Origin: Zancudomyces culisetae HAW-14-8
Taxonomy: Eukaryota > Fungi > Kickxellomycota
DNA length: 64,000 bases
Direction of reading: 5' to 3'
Assembly (NCBI GenBank): GCA_052426225.1
Contig: JBNJNM010000015.1
Span: 1,302,001 to 1,366,000 of the forward strand
Positions 1 to 11,872 of the stretch are shown here, one piece after another (positions within the stretch are counted from its first letter, which is position 1; each line of letters begins with the position of its first letter). The notes beneath the pieces were generated by a model. The model was given only the letters and a program-made list of their open reading frames with translations, ran no database searches and was not told where the DNA came from. Position numbers and translations under genes: made by a program.

Positions 1-462
1 TTGCAAATAATGAGCTTAGTAATTGAAATTCCTAATTCTAAGCGGGAATAATTATATAACCAATTGCTTTATTTTTCAAAACGAAAAGGTAATTCTGATT
101 TTCGCACATGAATTGTAATTGTAGAAAAAAAAAAGGTTTGTAATGGAATAACCTATAACCAATTATAAGAGTATAGAATAGGGGAAAAGGTGTTAAAAGA
201 AAAACTAGGAGCTATACTACGTTTATTTTTTCTTACAAAACTCAAAGATTCTGCATAGAGTTTTGATATCCTATTTCATTTTTTTTCTACTTTTTGGTTT
301 ATTTTGTTCACACCCATTTCAGATTATCGCAAGAAGGGATAGACCAATTTAACGGAACTTGCAAAATACAACATCTTCTACTCATTAAATCACTAACCAA
401 CCTGACACATTTACGAAACAGAGGGAAAATAGCAAAGAGTAGAAAGGATAGAGTAGCGCAAA

Positions 463-3312
463 ATGAGGGCAATCACCACGAGCGATTTTGCTCAAAATGA
501 AATTGACGAGATAGTAAACTATTTAAGGGTCAACCTAGAAACAGGGTTGACAGAATCCGAGGGGAGAGATAGGCGAAATATATATGGATTTAACTTGTTG
601 GAGAAAAAGGAAGAGGAAAGCTTATTGATGCGATTTTTCAAAGGGGTATTTATGAATCCTATGGTGCTGTTGTTGTTGGGTAGTGCAGTAGTCAGTATAC
701 TTGTAAAGAACTACGACGATGCCTTCAGTATAACTTTGGCAATATTGATAGTTAGCACAGTTGGATTCGTACAAGAGTATCGATCTGAAAAGACACTAGC
801 AGCTTTGAGCGCATTGGTACCGCATTATTGTCAAGTTATTCGCGAAGGAAAGAAAAAGATAGTTAATTCCGAGGAACTGGTGCCTGGGGATGTGGTGGAA
901 TTTTCTACAGGAGATCGAATACCGGCAGATTTGAGAATATTTGAGGCAAAGAATCTAGAAATTGATGAGTCAAGTTTGACAGGAGAAAGCGAATCTAGAT
1001 ACAAAACTACTGAAAAAGTTGATGAAAAAAATACCCTGAATCGAACATTTGGGGAAGTTCCACTGACCCAAAGTTCTGGAAATCCTACGGCACCGCGAGG
1101 TGGCGCTGATTTGTCGTACGTCGATCAGACGAATATTGGATTCATGGGAACGCTGGTCAGAAACGGTAATGGAAAGGGAGTGGTTTGTTTCACAGGAAAC
1201 CACACAGAGTTTGGAAAGATCAACTTGATGATGCAGGAGTTGGAGGAACCTAGGACCCCACTTCAGCAAAGTATGGATTCACTCGGAGGACAGCTTTCAA
1301 TTCTTTCATTTGCAGTGATAGGTGGTATCATGCTTTTGGGTTTAATTCAGGGGAAAAAGCTGATGGAAATGTTTACTATTGGAGTTAGTTTGGCAGTTGC
1401 AGCAATACCCGAGGGTTTGTCAATAGTTGTTACAGTGACACTGGCTGTTGGAGTATTTAAGATGGCTAAGCGCAAAGCGATATGTAAGAAGCTACCGTCT
1501 GTAGAAACATTAGGCTCTGTTAGTGTTATATGTGTTGATAAGACAGGCACGCTTACACTGAACAAAATGCAAGTACAATATTTGTATACGCTTACTGAGG
1601 GACTAGTAAACTTTACAGAAGAATCAATGACAAGGATAAGATCATCGTGGTCGTACAACCAGCTGCTGAGGGCAGGGAATCTATGTAACAATGCGGCAAA
1701 AGATGAAAAGGGCAACTACATAGGACAGGCTACAGATATAGCAATTCTAGATGCAGCAATAATAGCACGTGGTGTTGACGAGAGAGAACACTTTCAAAGA
1801 ATGTCTGAGCTTCCATTCAGTTCAGAATCAAAACAAATGAGTACAACTTATGGAGATGAGGTTGACAGGGACTTCCCACGGGTATCATCACGCGGTAATG
1901 AAACAGGCAGCGCACATGTTGTATATGTCAAAGGAGCATTGGAACGAGTACTTGAAGGATGCACCACTAATTATAGTAGCAGTGGAGCTTGCAAGGATTT
2001 GAGCAAGTCAGATATAGATGAAATTTACACGCACGCAGAACATCTATCACGCCGAGGACTGCGTGTTGTGGCGATAGCAGTGGGCGCGTCAATTGAAAAA
2101 CTGTCCTTTATCGGGTTTGAAGTTATGAAGGATCCACCAAGACCAGGTGTTGAGGATGTGATTGCAGGAATAGTCAGGGCTGGAATCAAGATTGTAATGA
2201 TCACTGGCGATTCAGAAGACACAGCGATAGCCATTGCCGCTTCGGTGGGAATTCCAGTCGGTTCAGGTGCTGTAACATGTATGAACGGAGCGCAACTTGA
2301 TGCAATAACTGATGCGGAGTTGGCAGAACGTGTCAGTGGCATTTCTGTATTTGCTCGATCGACACCCAAACACAAGGTCAAGATAGTTAAAGCACTACAA
2401 TCGGTTGGAGAAGTGGTAGGGATGACAGGTGATGGTGTAAATGATGCACCTGCATTGAGACTTGCGGATATTGGAATTTCGATGGGACGTAGTGGAACAG
2501 CAGTTGCAAAGGAAGCCTCTGATTTGATTCTGGTTAATGACGATCTGGCAACCATTTTGTCAGCAGTTGAAGAAGGAAAGTGTATTTTTGCAAACATCAG
2601 AAACTTTCTAAGCTTCCAACTCAGCACAAGTGTTGCGGCCCTTTCGCTAATTGCTTTATCGACACTGTTTGGTCTTCCAAATCCTTTAAATGCAATGCAG
2701 ATTCTTTGGATCAATATTCTCATGGATGGCCCACCTGCCCAGTCGCTGGGTATGGAGCCTCCAGATCCTTCCGTTATGACCAAACCTCCTCGTCCCAAAA
2801 ACGATCCTATTTTGAATACGCCTGTTCTCCGCAAGATATTTATTTCTGCTATTATAATTATTGCCGGAACCATGCTCATTTACATCTCGGAGATGCACGA
2901 TGGCGTAGTAACTGCTAGGGATACCACCATGACCTTCACCACTTTTGTCTTTTTCGATCTCTTCAATGCCATTTCCTGTAGATCGAGAACTCGCTCGTTG
3001 TTTGAGATCGGCCTATTTTCCAACTCTGCCCTGAACTTTGCGATTGGTGCATCATTCCTTGGACAACTTGGCGTTATCTATTTGCCCTTCTTACAGTCAG
3101 TTTTTCAAACGGAGCCTCTGTCTCTATTCGATCTGTTCAAGATTCTTTGTCTCACCAGCTCCGTTTTGTTTATCAACGAATTGGCTAAATTCAAAAGAAT
3201 ATCCATTCCCAACTTTCCTCTTTTCTTTAAATCTGCATCGTCCACCTTTGGATACTCCAAGAGGCGCTTCAAGATTGAATCTTATGATGATTATGAAAAA
3301 TCCATGGTGTAA
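463..3312 (+). CDS. PMR1: Golgi Ca2+/Mn2+ P-type ATPase (SPCA / P2A), intronless, 949 aa
   Basis: TGES, PEGL, DKTGT phosphorylation site, KGALE, MITGDS, GDGVNDAPAL, and the SPCA-typical NAMQILWINILMDGPPAQSLG and RDTTMTFTTFVFFDLFNA. Confidence 0.95.
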   Translation: MRAITTSDFAQNEIDEIVNYLRVNLETGLTESEGRDRRNIYGFNLLEKKEEESLLMRFFKGVFMNPMVLLLLGSAVVSILVKNYDDAFSITLAILIVSTVGFVQEYRSEKTLAALSALVPHYCQVIREGKKKIVNSEELVPGDVVEFSTGDRIPADLRIFEAKNLEIDESSLTGESESRYKTTEKVDEKNTLNRTFGEVPLTQSSGNPTAPRGGADLSYVDQTNIGFMGTLVRNGNGKGVVCFTGNHTEFGKINLMMQELEEPRTPLQQSMDSLGGQLSILSFAVIGGIMLLGLIQGKKLMEMFTIGVSLAVAAIPEGLSIVVTVTLAVGVFKMAKRKAICKKLPSVETLGSVSVICVDKTGTLTLNKMQVQYLYTLTEGLVNFTEESMTRIRSSWSYNQLLRAGNLCNNAAKDEKGNYIGQATDIAILDAAIIARGVDEREHFQRMSELPFSSESKQMSTTYGDEVDRDFPRVSSRGNETGSAHVVYVKGALERVLEGCTTNYSSSGACKDLSKSDIDEIYTHAEHLSRRGLRVVAIAVGASIEKLSFIGFEVMKDPPRPGVEDVIAGIVRAGIKIVMITGDSEDTAIAIAASVGIPVGSGAVTCMNGAQLDAITDAELAERVSGISVFARSTPKHKVKIVKALQSVGEVVGMTGDGVNDAPALRLADIGISMGRSGTAVAKEASDLILVNDDLATILSAVEEGKCIFANIRNFLSFQLSTSVAALSLIALSTLFGLPNPLNAMQILWINILMDGPPAQSLGMEPPDPSVMTKPPRPKNDPILNTPVLRKIFISAIIIIAGTMLIYISEMHDGVVTARDTTMTFTTFVFFDLFNAISCRSRTRSLFEIGLFSNSALNFAIGASFLGQLGVIYLPFLQSVFQTEPLSLFDLFKILCLTSSVLFINELAKFKRISIPNFPLFFKSASSTFGYSKRRFKIESYDDYEKSMV

Positions 3313-4583
3313 TCAAAACCCCATATTCTATGTCTCTTTAATTTTCAACACTACTACTTTTTGTTTATAATACGTACCCGTTACTACCTACTACTGTGAC
3401 TATTTTGCTCTAATACCTTTTTTTTTTTAGTTCTTTATCAGTTTATATTATATTATTTTATGCCTGCAATGCTTTTACAATATTAGAGTATATAATCCAA
3501 GACTATTGAATATTTTTTTTTCATTTCTTTGAAACTTGCCTAGTCAAAAAAAGTAGGAAAGTGGGGAAATCTTGACAAATCTTTGGAACAAACAGAGATA
3601 GTATTACAAAGGGCAAGGGTGAGGAAATAGGAAGGTGCGGTTAAACCTAGTAGCATAGATATTACTGATGATGTTTGTGGATCCAAATGTATCCATCAAT
3701 ATATCCGGTTTTTTTTTTTGTGGCTGTGGATGATTTTTAAGATGCTCACACATTGGCAACCTTGTGATCAAAAGACACTCATCAAATTATTATATTTTCC
3801 ACTGTTATAAAGAAGAACTGGCAAATATACTTGAACATTTGAGGGTATAAAATTAGATGGCAAAATATATGCGAATAAGGTATTAAAAATGTGCTATTTT
3901 GATGTTTTTTTATAGTACCAGTAGACATTGTGTAACTTTAACATAAAATGCGCTTTTTTTAAATAATAGGGTATGTTTCTGTTAGGAAAATGGCCATGGA
4001 GCGCAGAATACCCTTTTTATGTGCGTGATGTACCCCTCTTTACTTTCTTTCGCCTGCTAGATAAAAGTGGGAAGAGGGGAGAGGAGAGAGGAGAGAGGGT
4101 ATTATCATTAGCCATAAACAAACCAAGAATACAAATGTATACCATGTCCAATTTTTTTTTTTTATATAGCAAATACATTTTCCGTTTCTTGGCAAGATCA
4201 AGTAGCCTCAATATACATAACGGCCTTTATCTTAATGCCAATAAAATAAAAGGACTCCACGTATTTATAGCAATCCAATCGTGTAAAGGGATCATGTTTG
4301 GTATGTTGGCTTGGTCCTATGACCTTGGGGAAGGCTGAAAAAAAAAGACAAGGTATCAATATGAGTGTGTGTGAGTGTAACCAGGTAGAATCAATTGTAC
4401 TGGATCTAATAATGTTTTTGGTAATTAAATATATCATTTCCACAAAATATTCAGCAGCATCTTGGTTTGAGTTTTTTTTCATTAGTGTGATTTCAGTGAA
4501 AGAACTGATAGGAAAACGCAGAGCTGAGAAAGAAAGAAAGAGAGAGATGCTTCTTCCGGACCATTTTGACAAAGTAGAGTGGA

Positions 4584-4603
4584 GGGAACGGGGGCGGGGC
4601 GGG
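4584..4603 (+). other. G-quadruplex-forming motif GGGAACGGGGGCGGGGCGGG
   Basis: Four runs of at least 3 G with loops of 3, 1 and 1 nt in AT-rich intergenic DNA. Confidence 0.45.
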
Positions 4604-6626
4604 TTGTTTTTGCATTCAGTACATCCAAACCCAAATCCACGTTTTAGTGTTGATTCTTGATAATTGGACTAAATACTGTACTAAAAAAACAATTCAGCAT
4701 CGCTTTGTATTGGTATAAACACAGATATGTTGTTAAAAAAAAAGAGTATGGTACGGTGTTTATTTGATCTTGGAACATAATCAAACGGAAAAAGAGCATG
4801 GAGTTTAGCCAAAGGATGGTGGAGAAATAGTAATCAACAAAAAATATATGCTACATTGGTACATTCCCCCCTCCCCCTCCCACATCTGTTTTATGTAGTG
4901 AAAAGCGGGAATTATTTCCCCGATATACTTTAAGCTGGTATATGATGACCACCAGATGAATAAACAAATATGCATCTGGGTATTTTGAAGTATACAATCA
5001 TTTCGTGAATGTTTATGCACCTGTTTTTTAATTTCCGTTTAGGTTGATCGTTTTGAAGAATGAACCAGCTCGTTGAGCGGTAGATGCTGTCTGTATTCAG
5101 ACTCTAATATGGCATAATTGGTATATTTGATTTTTTTTTGGGTAGACTTGATTACACATTTTTATATATATAATATTCCAGAGATCAAAAAAAAAAAACT
5201 ATGGCGAGTTTTCAAGCCTTAAAATGGTGAATTTGCGTGGCATTCAGTTATACTCTCATAAACAAATTTGGGGAGAGAATAAAATGTGTGAACAAAAATA
5301 AAAAAATGCTTGAAAAAAACAACCGAGCAAATCAAAAATAGAGAAAAAAATTTTCCCCCAAACAATCAAGTGATTTCCAGCAATGAGGAAGAAACACTGC
5401 AGAAACACAGCCAAATAGTTGTGATTGCAAAAATGCACCATTGTAAATACTTGAGCGAATAAAAATCAAAATTAAAAATAAAACAATCAGCTATAAATGT
5501 GCATCCAGTAGGAAATAGTGATGAGCCCAAGATTTTTGTTGATTATTGTTTTTTTTTAACTTTTTTTTTCAGCCTTTGCTTTTACTTTGCTAACTTGATA
5601 GAAATTCCGTTAGATTATAAATTTTTATTTATTATTATTTTTTTTTGCAACAAGGCTGGATGATGCACAGGAATTAAAATGATATGCAATTGGTGAAATC
5701 ACAGAATTGTTAATTGTTGGTAAAAAGAACCCATACTGGGTAGAAAAGCAAGTAGGAAAAAATAGAATACTATTCATCTGTCCCAACAACAAAATCTGCA
5801 GCGCCAAAAAGTGCGGCAATTTAGCTTAATGAAAAATCATCCATGTATTTGTGCTTGTTTTTGTTTTTGTTTTTGTTTTTGTTTTAATGCGCCTTCTCTG
5901 CAGAGAATTCTGGGAAATATTTTGTGAACGATGTTTTCGGTGTAAATTACGCATAATAATGGAGGTTGGAAATGTGTGTACTGGAAAAAGAATATCGGGT
6001 GAATATTTTGAAATTAGATAGTGAAAAAAAATATACAGTTCTGTTTTAATTTGATATTTGTATTTTAGCTTAACATTTATAGCACGAATATTATAAAGAC
6101 TAAATACACTTTATGAGTGCAAAATCTGTGAAATAAAGCGAATAATTGCTAAAATAGCGAGGGACAGGAAAATAAATATACGATTCAATTACTGAAACAC
6201 ATTTTTTTCTTTTCGATCCGCGAAGCAGGGCGTATCAAGTACAGCCATTCCAAGAAATGCATAGAATATTAATTGAAGATAACTTGTACAATTTTAATTT
6301 GAGGCCACGAAGAAAAGTCTAAGTTTTTAAATTAAAGAGGAATAAGACAAAAATCAACGTAGCACAACTCGAGTTCATTTTCTCCTGAATCAACTGGGTT
6401 GAAGAATCTGATATCTATATACATCTAAAAGGTAAATATAAGAAACCTAAAAGTACAAACAAGACGAAATATACGAAGAATCCAGGAGCATACATACACG
6501 AAAATCATACCGGAACGGGGGAAGCTTATAAGCAGGTAGATAGCGAATAGCATCAGGAATAAACAGGATTGGTAGAACAACTAAACGAGCACAAGAACAA
6601 ACACAACAAAAAATAAGAACAAAAAG

Positions 6627-9600
6627 ATGAGTAAAGGTGGCTACAAGAAGCAAAGGGCGAGGTTCGTACAGGATGAGTTTGAACTAGAGGATACTGAATT
6701 TAAACAGAAATCTCACGAGTCGCCCCACCAGGGTCGTGGTGGTAGCATGTCGGAGGAATTAGCAATGGACGAGCTGGATTTTGGAGAGGAAAATATAAAT
6801 AAGCCAGGGAAAAAATCGAAGCGAATGTCAAGATACCAAAAGGAGAGTCTCATGGATGAAGGAGGTGGGGTAGTAAGTGCGGCAGCAGCAGGGCTGACAA
6901 GGAAGATGACAGAGATGGTAGGGGCGGGAATCAGGGAGGAGCAATTTAGAAACATATTTATCAATGCACCACAATATAACAGGCAAAAAAAGTTTAAAAG
7001 TAACGTGGTGTCAACGACCAAATACAATGTTTTTACATTTTTATTCAAGTTTTTGTACGAGCAGTTTTCGAAATATGCGAACTTGTTTTTCTTGTTTACC
7101 TCGTGCATCCAGCAAATCCCGGGGGTAACACCAACATCGAGGTATACAACTGTAGTTCCGCTTTTGTTGGTGCTACTTGCGGCAGCAATCAAAGAGGTTA
7201 TAGAAGATGTCAAACGATACCGTTCTGATCAAGTAGTGAACAACTCGATAGTGAAGGTGTTGAGAGGAGGGGAGTTTGTCAAAATAGCCTGGAAGAAACT
7301 AGAAGTAGGGGATATCGTAAGGCTAGAGAACAGGAGTCCAATACCAGCAGACATAGTGTTGTTGAGTAGCTCAGAGCCAGATGGACTTTGTTATGTAGAG
7401 ACAAGCAATTTGGATGGGGAAACCAATCTGAAGCTGAAACAAGCACGGTCTGAAACTGCCAAGATATTGAGTGTTGAACAACTGGAGCAGTTGGTGGGAA
7501 GAGTGGAATCTGAACTTCCGAATGATAGTTTGTACACGTATGAAGCAACACTGATATCTGAGGATGGTGTTTTGGGTAGGGGAACAAGGATTGGCCTGGA
7601 TCCGTCCCAGCTGTTGTTGAGAGGGGCAGTAATTAGAAACACGAATTGGGTATTTGGAGTAGTGGTGAATACAGGGCATGACAGCAAGTTGATGAAGAAT
7701 GCAACTGCAGCACCAATAAAGCAGACAAGTGTTGAGAGGATGACTAACGTACAGATTTTATTTTTGTTTGGGATACTGTTAATACTTTCAGTTAGCAGTG
7801 CGTTTGGTAACTATATTACTACCAACCGATACAGGGACGACTACACATATCTGTATTTACCGCGGATTACTGTGTGGCAGTTTATTAAAAACATTATGAC
7901 ATTTTTGCTTTTGTATAACAACTTGATTCCGATAAGTTTGGTAGTGACAATGGAAGTGGTCAAGTTTTGGCAAGCACAGCTTATTAATTCGGATTTGGAT
8001 ATGTATAACGAAAAAACAGACAGTACAGCGACTGCACGAACATCTTCATTGGTTGAGGAGCTGGGACAAGTAGGTTATATATTTTCGGATAAAACGGGAA
8101 CGCTGACATGTAACATCATGGAATTTAAGCAATGTAGTATTGGAGGGTACATGTATTCAGAGTCACTGGATGCCACGAAGCGAGAAAAAATGGTTGATGG
8201 GGAGGCAGGAGAGTACAGGACGTTTACCGAGCTGCTGGAGCAACTCCGACAGGAAGGACCAAATGGAGAAATTTTTGAATTTTTGCAGCTGGTGGCGACG
8301 TGCCACACTGTGATTCCTGAGATAAAGGAGGTCGATGGGGAAATGGTGATGGAGTACCAAGCATCGTCTCCGGACGAAGAAGCGCTGGTCAAAGGAGTAG
8401 CAGAATTTGGGTTTAAATTCAATGTTCGCAAACCAAAGACAATAGTTGTCAATGTTTTGGGGCAGGATTTGGAGTATCAGGTTTTGAATGTCAATGAGTT
8501 TAACAGTACCAGAAAAAGAATGTCTGCAATTCTGCGGATGCCAGATGGTACTATCAAACTGTATTGCAAAGGAGCAGATACAGTGATCTTTGAGCGGTTG
8601 GCCGAGCACTCGAGGGAAAACGTGGGGAAAACGGTGAGTCATTTAGAAGAGTTTGCATCGGAGGGACTGCGTACATTGTGCCTTTCATCTCGTGTTATTT
8701 CTGAACAGGAATACCAAAATTGGAGCCAAATCTACTCCACAGCAGCAACCACACTTAAAAACAGACAAGAAGCGCTTGATAACGCAGCTGAGTTGATTGA
8801 AAAAGATATGGTTTTGGTTGGAGCGACGGCGATTGAAGACAAGTTGCAAGAAGGAGTGCCTAGAACTATTGCAATGTTGGCGCAGGCTGGAATTAAGATT
8901 TGGGTGTTAACAGGTGATCGGCAAGAAACAGCCATTAATATTGGGTATTCCTGCAAACTACTCCAAGAAGACTACAGTTTAGTTATTTGCAACACAAACA
9001 CGCACTGGGAAACTAAGCAATTTCTCAACCAGAAACTTGTTGCCATTCGAGAGAGCCGAGGCACATCAACCATTGACTTTGACTCTATGGCGCTGGTTAT
9101 TGACGGAAGAAGTCTGGATTTTGCACTAGAAAAAGATGTTGAAAATGTCTTTTTGGATTTGGCGACTGTATGCAAGGCAGTTATCTGTTGCAGAGTCTCT
9201 CCTCTACAAAAGGCTCTAGTGGTTAGACTGGTCAAACGCAAGCGTCGTGCTGTTTTGCTGGCTATAGGCGATGGAGCCAACGATGTCAGTATGATTCAAG
9301 CTGCACATGTAGGCGTTGGAATCAGCGGCCAGGAGGGCTTGCAAGCTGCTCGTGCGGCGGATTTTGCGATTTCAGAGTTTCAGCATTTGCGGAAGCTGCT
9401 ATTAGTTCATGGCGCCTGGAGCTATAACCGACTTAGCAAAATGATTCTCTACTCGTTCTACAAGAATATCTTGCTGTACATGACTCAATTCTTTTTTGCC
9501 TTCTACAATATGTTTACAGGTCAGACGTTGTATGAATCCTGGTCGATTACCTTTTATTCTGTTTTCTTTTCCCTGATGCCTCCTTTTGCAATTGGTATTT

Positions 9601-10310
9601 TTGATCAGTTCTTGTCTGCCAGATCTCTTGAGCGTTATCCCGAAATGTACAAGATGAGCCAGCTTGGTGAATTTTTCAATGTTCGGGCTTTTTGGGGCTC
9701 TACGATCAACGCCTTTGTTCATTCTGCTACCATTTTCTTCCTTTCGCTTGCCTTTCTGAATCCAATCATCACTTCTGCTGGGTATTCAGCTGATCTTTGG
9801 ACTCTTGGTGTTACTCTATATACTTGTGCCATCATTACTGTCTTGCTAAAAGCATCCCTCCTAGTGTACACCTGGAACAAGTGGACTTTGGTTTCTATTC
9901 CTGGTTCGCTGGTTCTTTGGTTCTTGTTCTTCCCTCTGTATAGCTATCTAGGCTACTATCTCAACCTTGGTTACGTCTACTATGGCTTGTTCCCAATAAC
10001 CATGGGTACATTGGGCTTTTGGCTCTCGGCTATTATTTCTCCACTGCTATGTATGGTTAGAGATTTTGCATGGAAGTACTACAAGCGCATGTATGGCACT
10101 AGAGCTTATCAAATAGTCCAGGAGATCCAGAAATTCAACATCCCTGATTATAGACCGCGGATGGAGAGGTTTAGAAAAGCTGTGCACAAAGCTAGAACTT
10201 TACAGAGGCTAAAAAGAAACCGTGGATATGCATTTTCTCAAACCGAGACAGGTCAGGCCAAGATTATTCGGTCTTACGATACTACCAAAAGGAAACCCAC
10301 TGGTGTTTAA
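6627..10310 (+). CDS. DRS2: P4-ATPase aminophospholipid flippase, intronless, 1227 aa
   Basis: QQIP, DGETN, PISL, DKTGT, ASSPDE, GDGAND and the C-terminal RGYAFSQ autoregulatory motif typical of Drs2/ATP8A. Confidence 0.95.
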   Translation: MSKGGYKKQRARFVQDEFELEDTEFKQKSHESPHQGRGGSMSEELAMDELDFGEENINKPGKKSKRMSRYQKESLMDEGGGVVSAAAAGLTRKMTEMVGAGIREEQFRNIFINAPQYNRQKKFKSNVVSTTKYNVFTFLFKFLYEQFSKYANLFFLFTSCIQQIPGVTPTSRYTTVVPLLLVLLAAAIKEVIEDVKRYRSDQVVNNSIVKVLRGGEFVKIAWKKLEVGDIVRLENRSPIPADIVLLSSSEPDGLCYVETSNLDGETNLKLKQARSETAKILSVEQLEQLVGRVESELPNDSLYTYEATLISEDGVLGRGTRIGLDPSQLLLRGAVIRNTNWVFGVVVNTGHDSKLMKNATAAPIKQTSVERMTNVQILFLFGILLILSVSSAFGNYITTNRYRDDYTYLYLPRITVWQFIKNIMTFLLLYNNLIPISLVVTMEVVKFWQAQLINSDLDMYNEKTDSTATARTSSLVEELGQVGYIFSDKTGTLTCNIMEFKQCSIGGYMYSESLDATKREKMVDGEAGEYRTFTELLEQLRQEGPNGEIFEFLQLVATCHTVIPEIKEVDGEMVMEYQASSPDEEALVKGVAEFGFKFNVRKPKTIVVNVLGQDLEYQVLNVNEFNSTRKRMSAILRMPDGTIKLYCKGADTVIFERLAEHSRENVGKTVSHLEEFASEGLRTLCLSSRVISEQEYQNWSQIYSTAATTLKNRQEALDNAAELIEKDMVLVGATAIEDKLQEGVPRTIAMLAQAGIKIWVLTGDRQETAINIGYSCKLLQEDYSLVICNTNTHWETKQFLNQKLVAIRESRGTSTIDFDSMALVIDGRSLDFALEKDVENVFLDLATVCKAVICCRVSPLQKALVVRLVKRKRRAVLLAIGDGANDVSMIQAAHVGVGISGQEGLQAARAADFAISEFQHLRKLLLVHGAWSYNRLSKMILYSFYKNILLYMTQFFFAFYNMFTGQTLYESWSITFYSVFFSLMPPFAIGIFDQFLSARSLERYPEMYKMSQLGEFFNVRAFWGSTINAFVHSATIFFLSLAFLNPIITSAGYSADLWTLGVTLYTCAIITVLLKASLLVYTWNKWTLVSIPGSLVLWFLFFPLYSYLGYYLNLGYVYYGLFPITMGTLGFWLSAIISPLLCMVRDFAWKYYKRMYGTRAYQIVQEIQKFNIPDYRPRMERFRKAVHKARTLQRLKRNRGYAFSQTETGQAKIIRSYDTTKRKPTGV

Positions 10311-11872
10311 TTCTAGACTGACATTTATCTCGCCTTTTTCCTTTTCCTTTTCCTTTTGCTTTTTCTTTTTTTCATATTTAGTTATTCTGTTGTTTAGTTA
10401 TTATAAAACATTTGCTGTGCATTTTTATATATTTAGATTAACCTTTTATTTAACAGGACTTTTAGTTCAAAAAAAAATACACTGACAAATATGCACAGCT
10501 TTTACAACTAGTCTTTTACTTTTCACCAAAAGAAGTTTTATTTGAAGAGTAAGGTGAACTTGATTGATTGGTGGTGGATTGCTCTTTTCCTGAGTTTATA
10601 CCTAAAACTACACACTTCTCGTTTCTCTAGATATCATACTTTCATATTGTCCATGATGTCATTGCCGTCAGCCGTATTATAAGCTACAAAGTTGGTACTA
10701 TACTTGTTGAATGTGATGGCCTTCTTACAATTATCTGTCAATTTTGGACAATTTGATCTTTACCACTGTATTTGATCAAAAAAATAAAGGCCTCAGTTGC
10801 TTGAAGAGCGTGTTGGGCGTGATTATGCTCATAGATACTTGGGCTTTATTTTCCTGTATTTGCCAGTACAAACCAATGGTTTATCCAATACTCAATGTTT
10901 AAATGAAAAACAATTGGCACTTTTTGGTTTGATTTCAGCAATATTAGCACTAATAAGCTAAAAAAGTTTTTATTAAAAACTACAAGATTCACTCATTTCG
11001 CCTAAAAAAAAAATATGAAGCAGAAAAAAAAAGGGAGCGGATTTGTTGATGCAAAAAAAAAAAAAAATCAAGCTTATTGTAAGCATTTTTTTTTTTTTTT
11101 AGCGGAATTGTTGGTTGCCGATTAGATTTTTATTTTATTAAACTTTTCAATTAAAAAAAAAATAGAGAAAAAGTCCTTAAGGATTCGTAAATAATCTTTT
11201 AGATTTTGATTTTTGCAAACTTGACAATATAATACATAAAGGTAAGAACACCCCCACCCAACCCACATACGACTCTATATATGTATACACTAGTTTTGAA
11301 CCGTTATTTAACTTGCACCCCATTATCAGCACGAAAGAAACAAAAAAACTAAAGAAAGTGATATTACCACCATAATCGCTGTCCATCGACTCTGGGATAT
11401 AAGAAAGGACAATGTATGCGGATATAATATTAACAGTTTTGGATTGATAGAGGGGGGAAGTTAACGCTAGATTAACTACACCGAGGATTCGAATAAATTA
11501 CAAATAATATCAATTTTATTACTTGTTAAAGTTGGATTATTTTGCTGCTTGTTTTTTTGAATCTACAATTTAAATCAACGATTAAATGGCATATTTGAAA
11601 TTTACAAGTGGCTTTGCAGGTCTTGGATACTCGCACTATTGAAAAAAAACGGCAGCGATGATGGGTGGTTAATACAGAGAAAGTGCGTTGTTGGATTGGA
11701 TATGGGTCTTGTTTAAATAACGGTGCAATTCATAACTAGTGTAGAAGGATTGTATATTTTCTACAGATCCTTTGAATTTGGCTCTTTTTTTTTGTTATTT
11801 TACAACCAAAACTCTTGTACTCGAATATTTTGTTAATTCATATCTTCTTCAATGATACTTTAGGTTTAAAAA

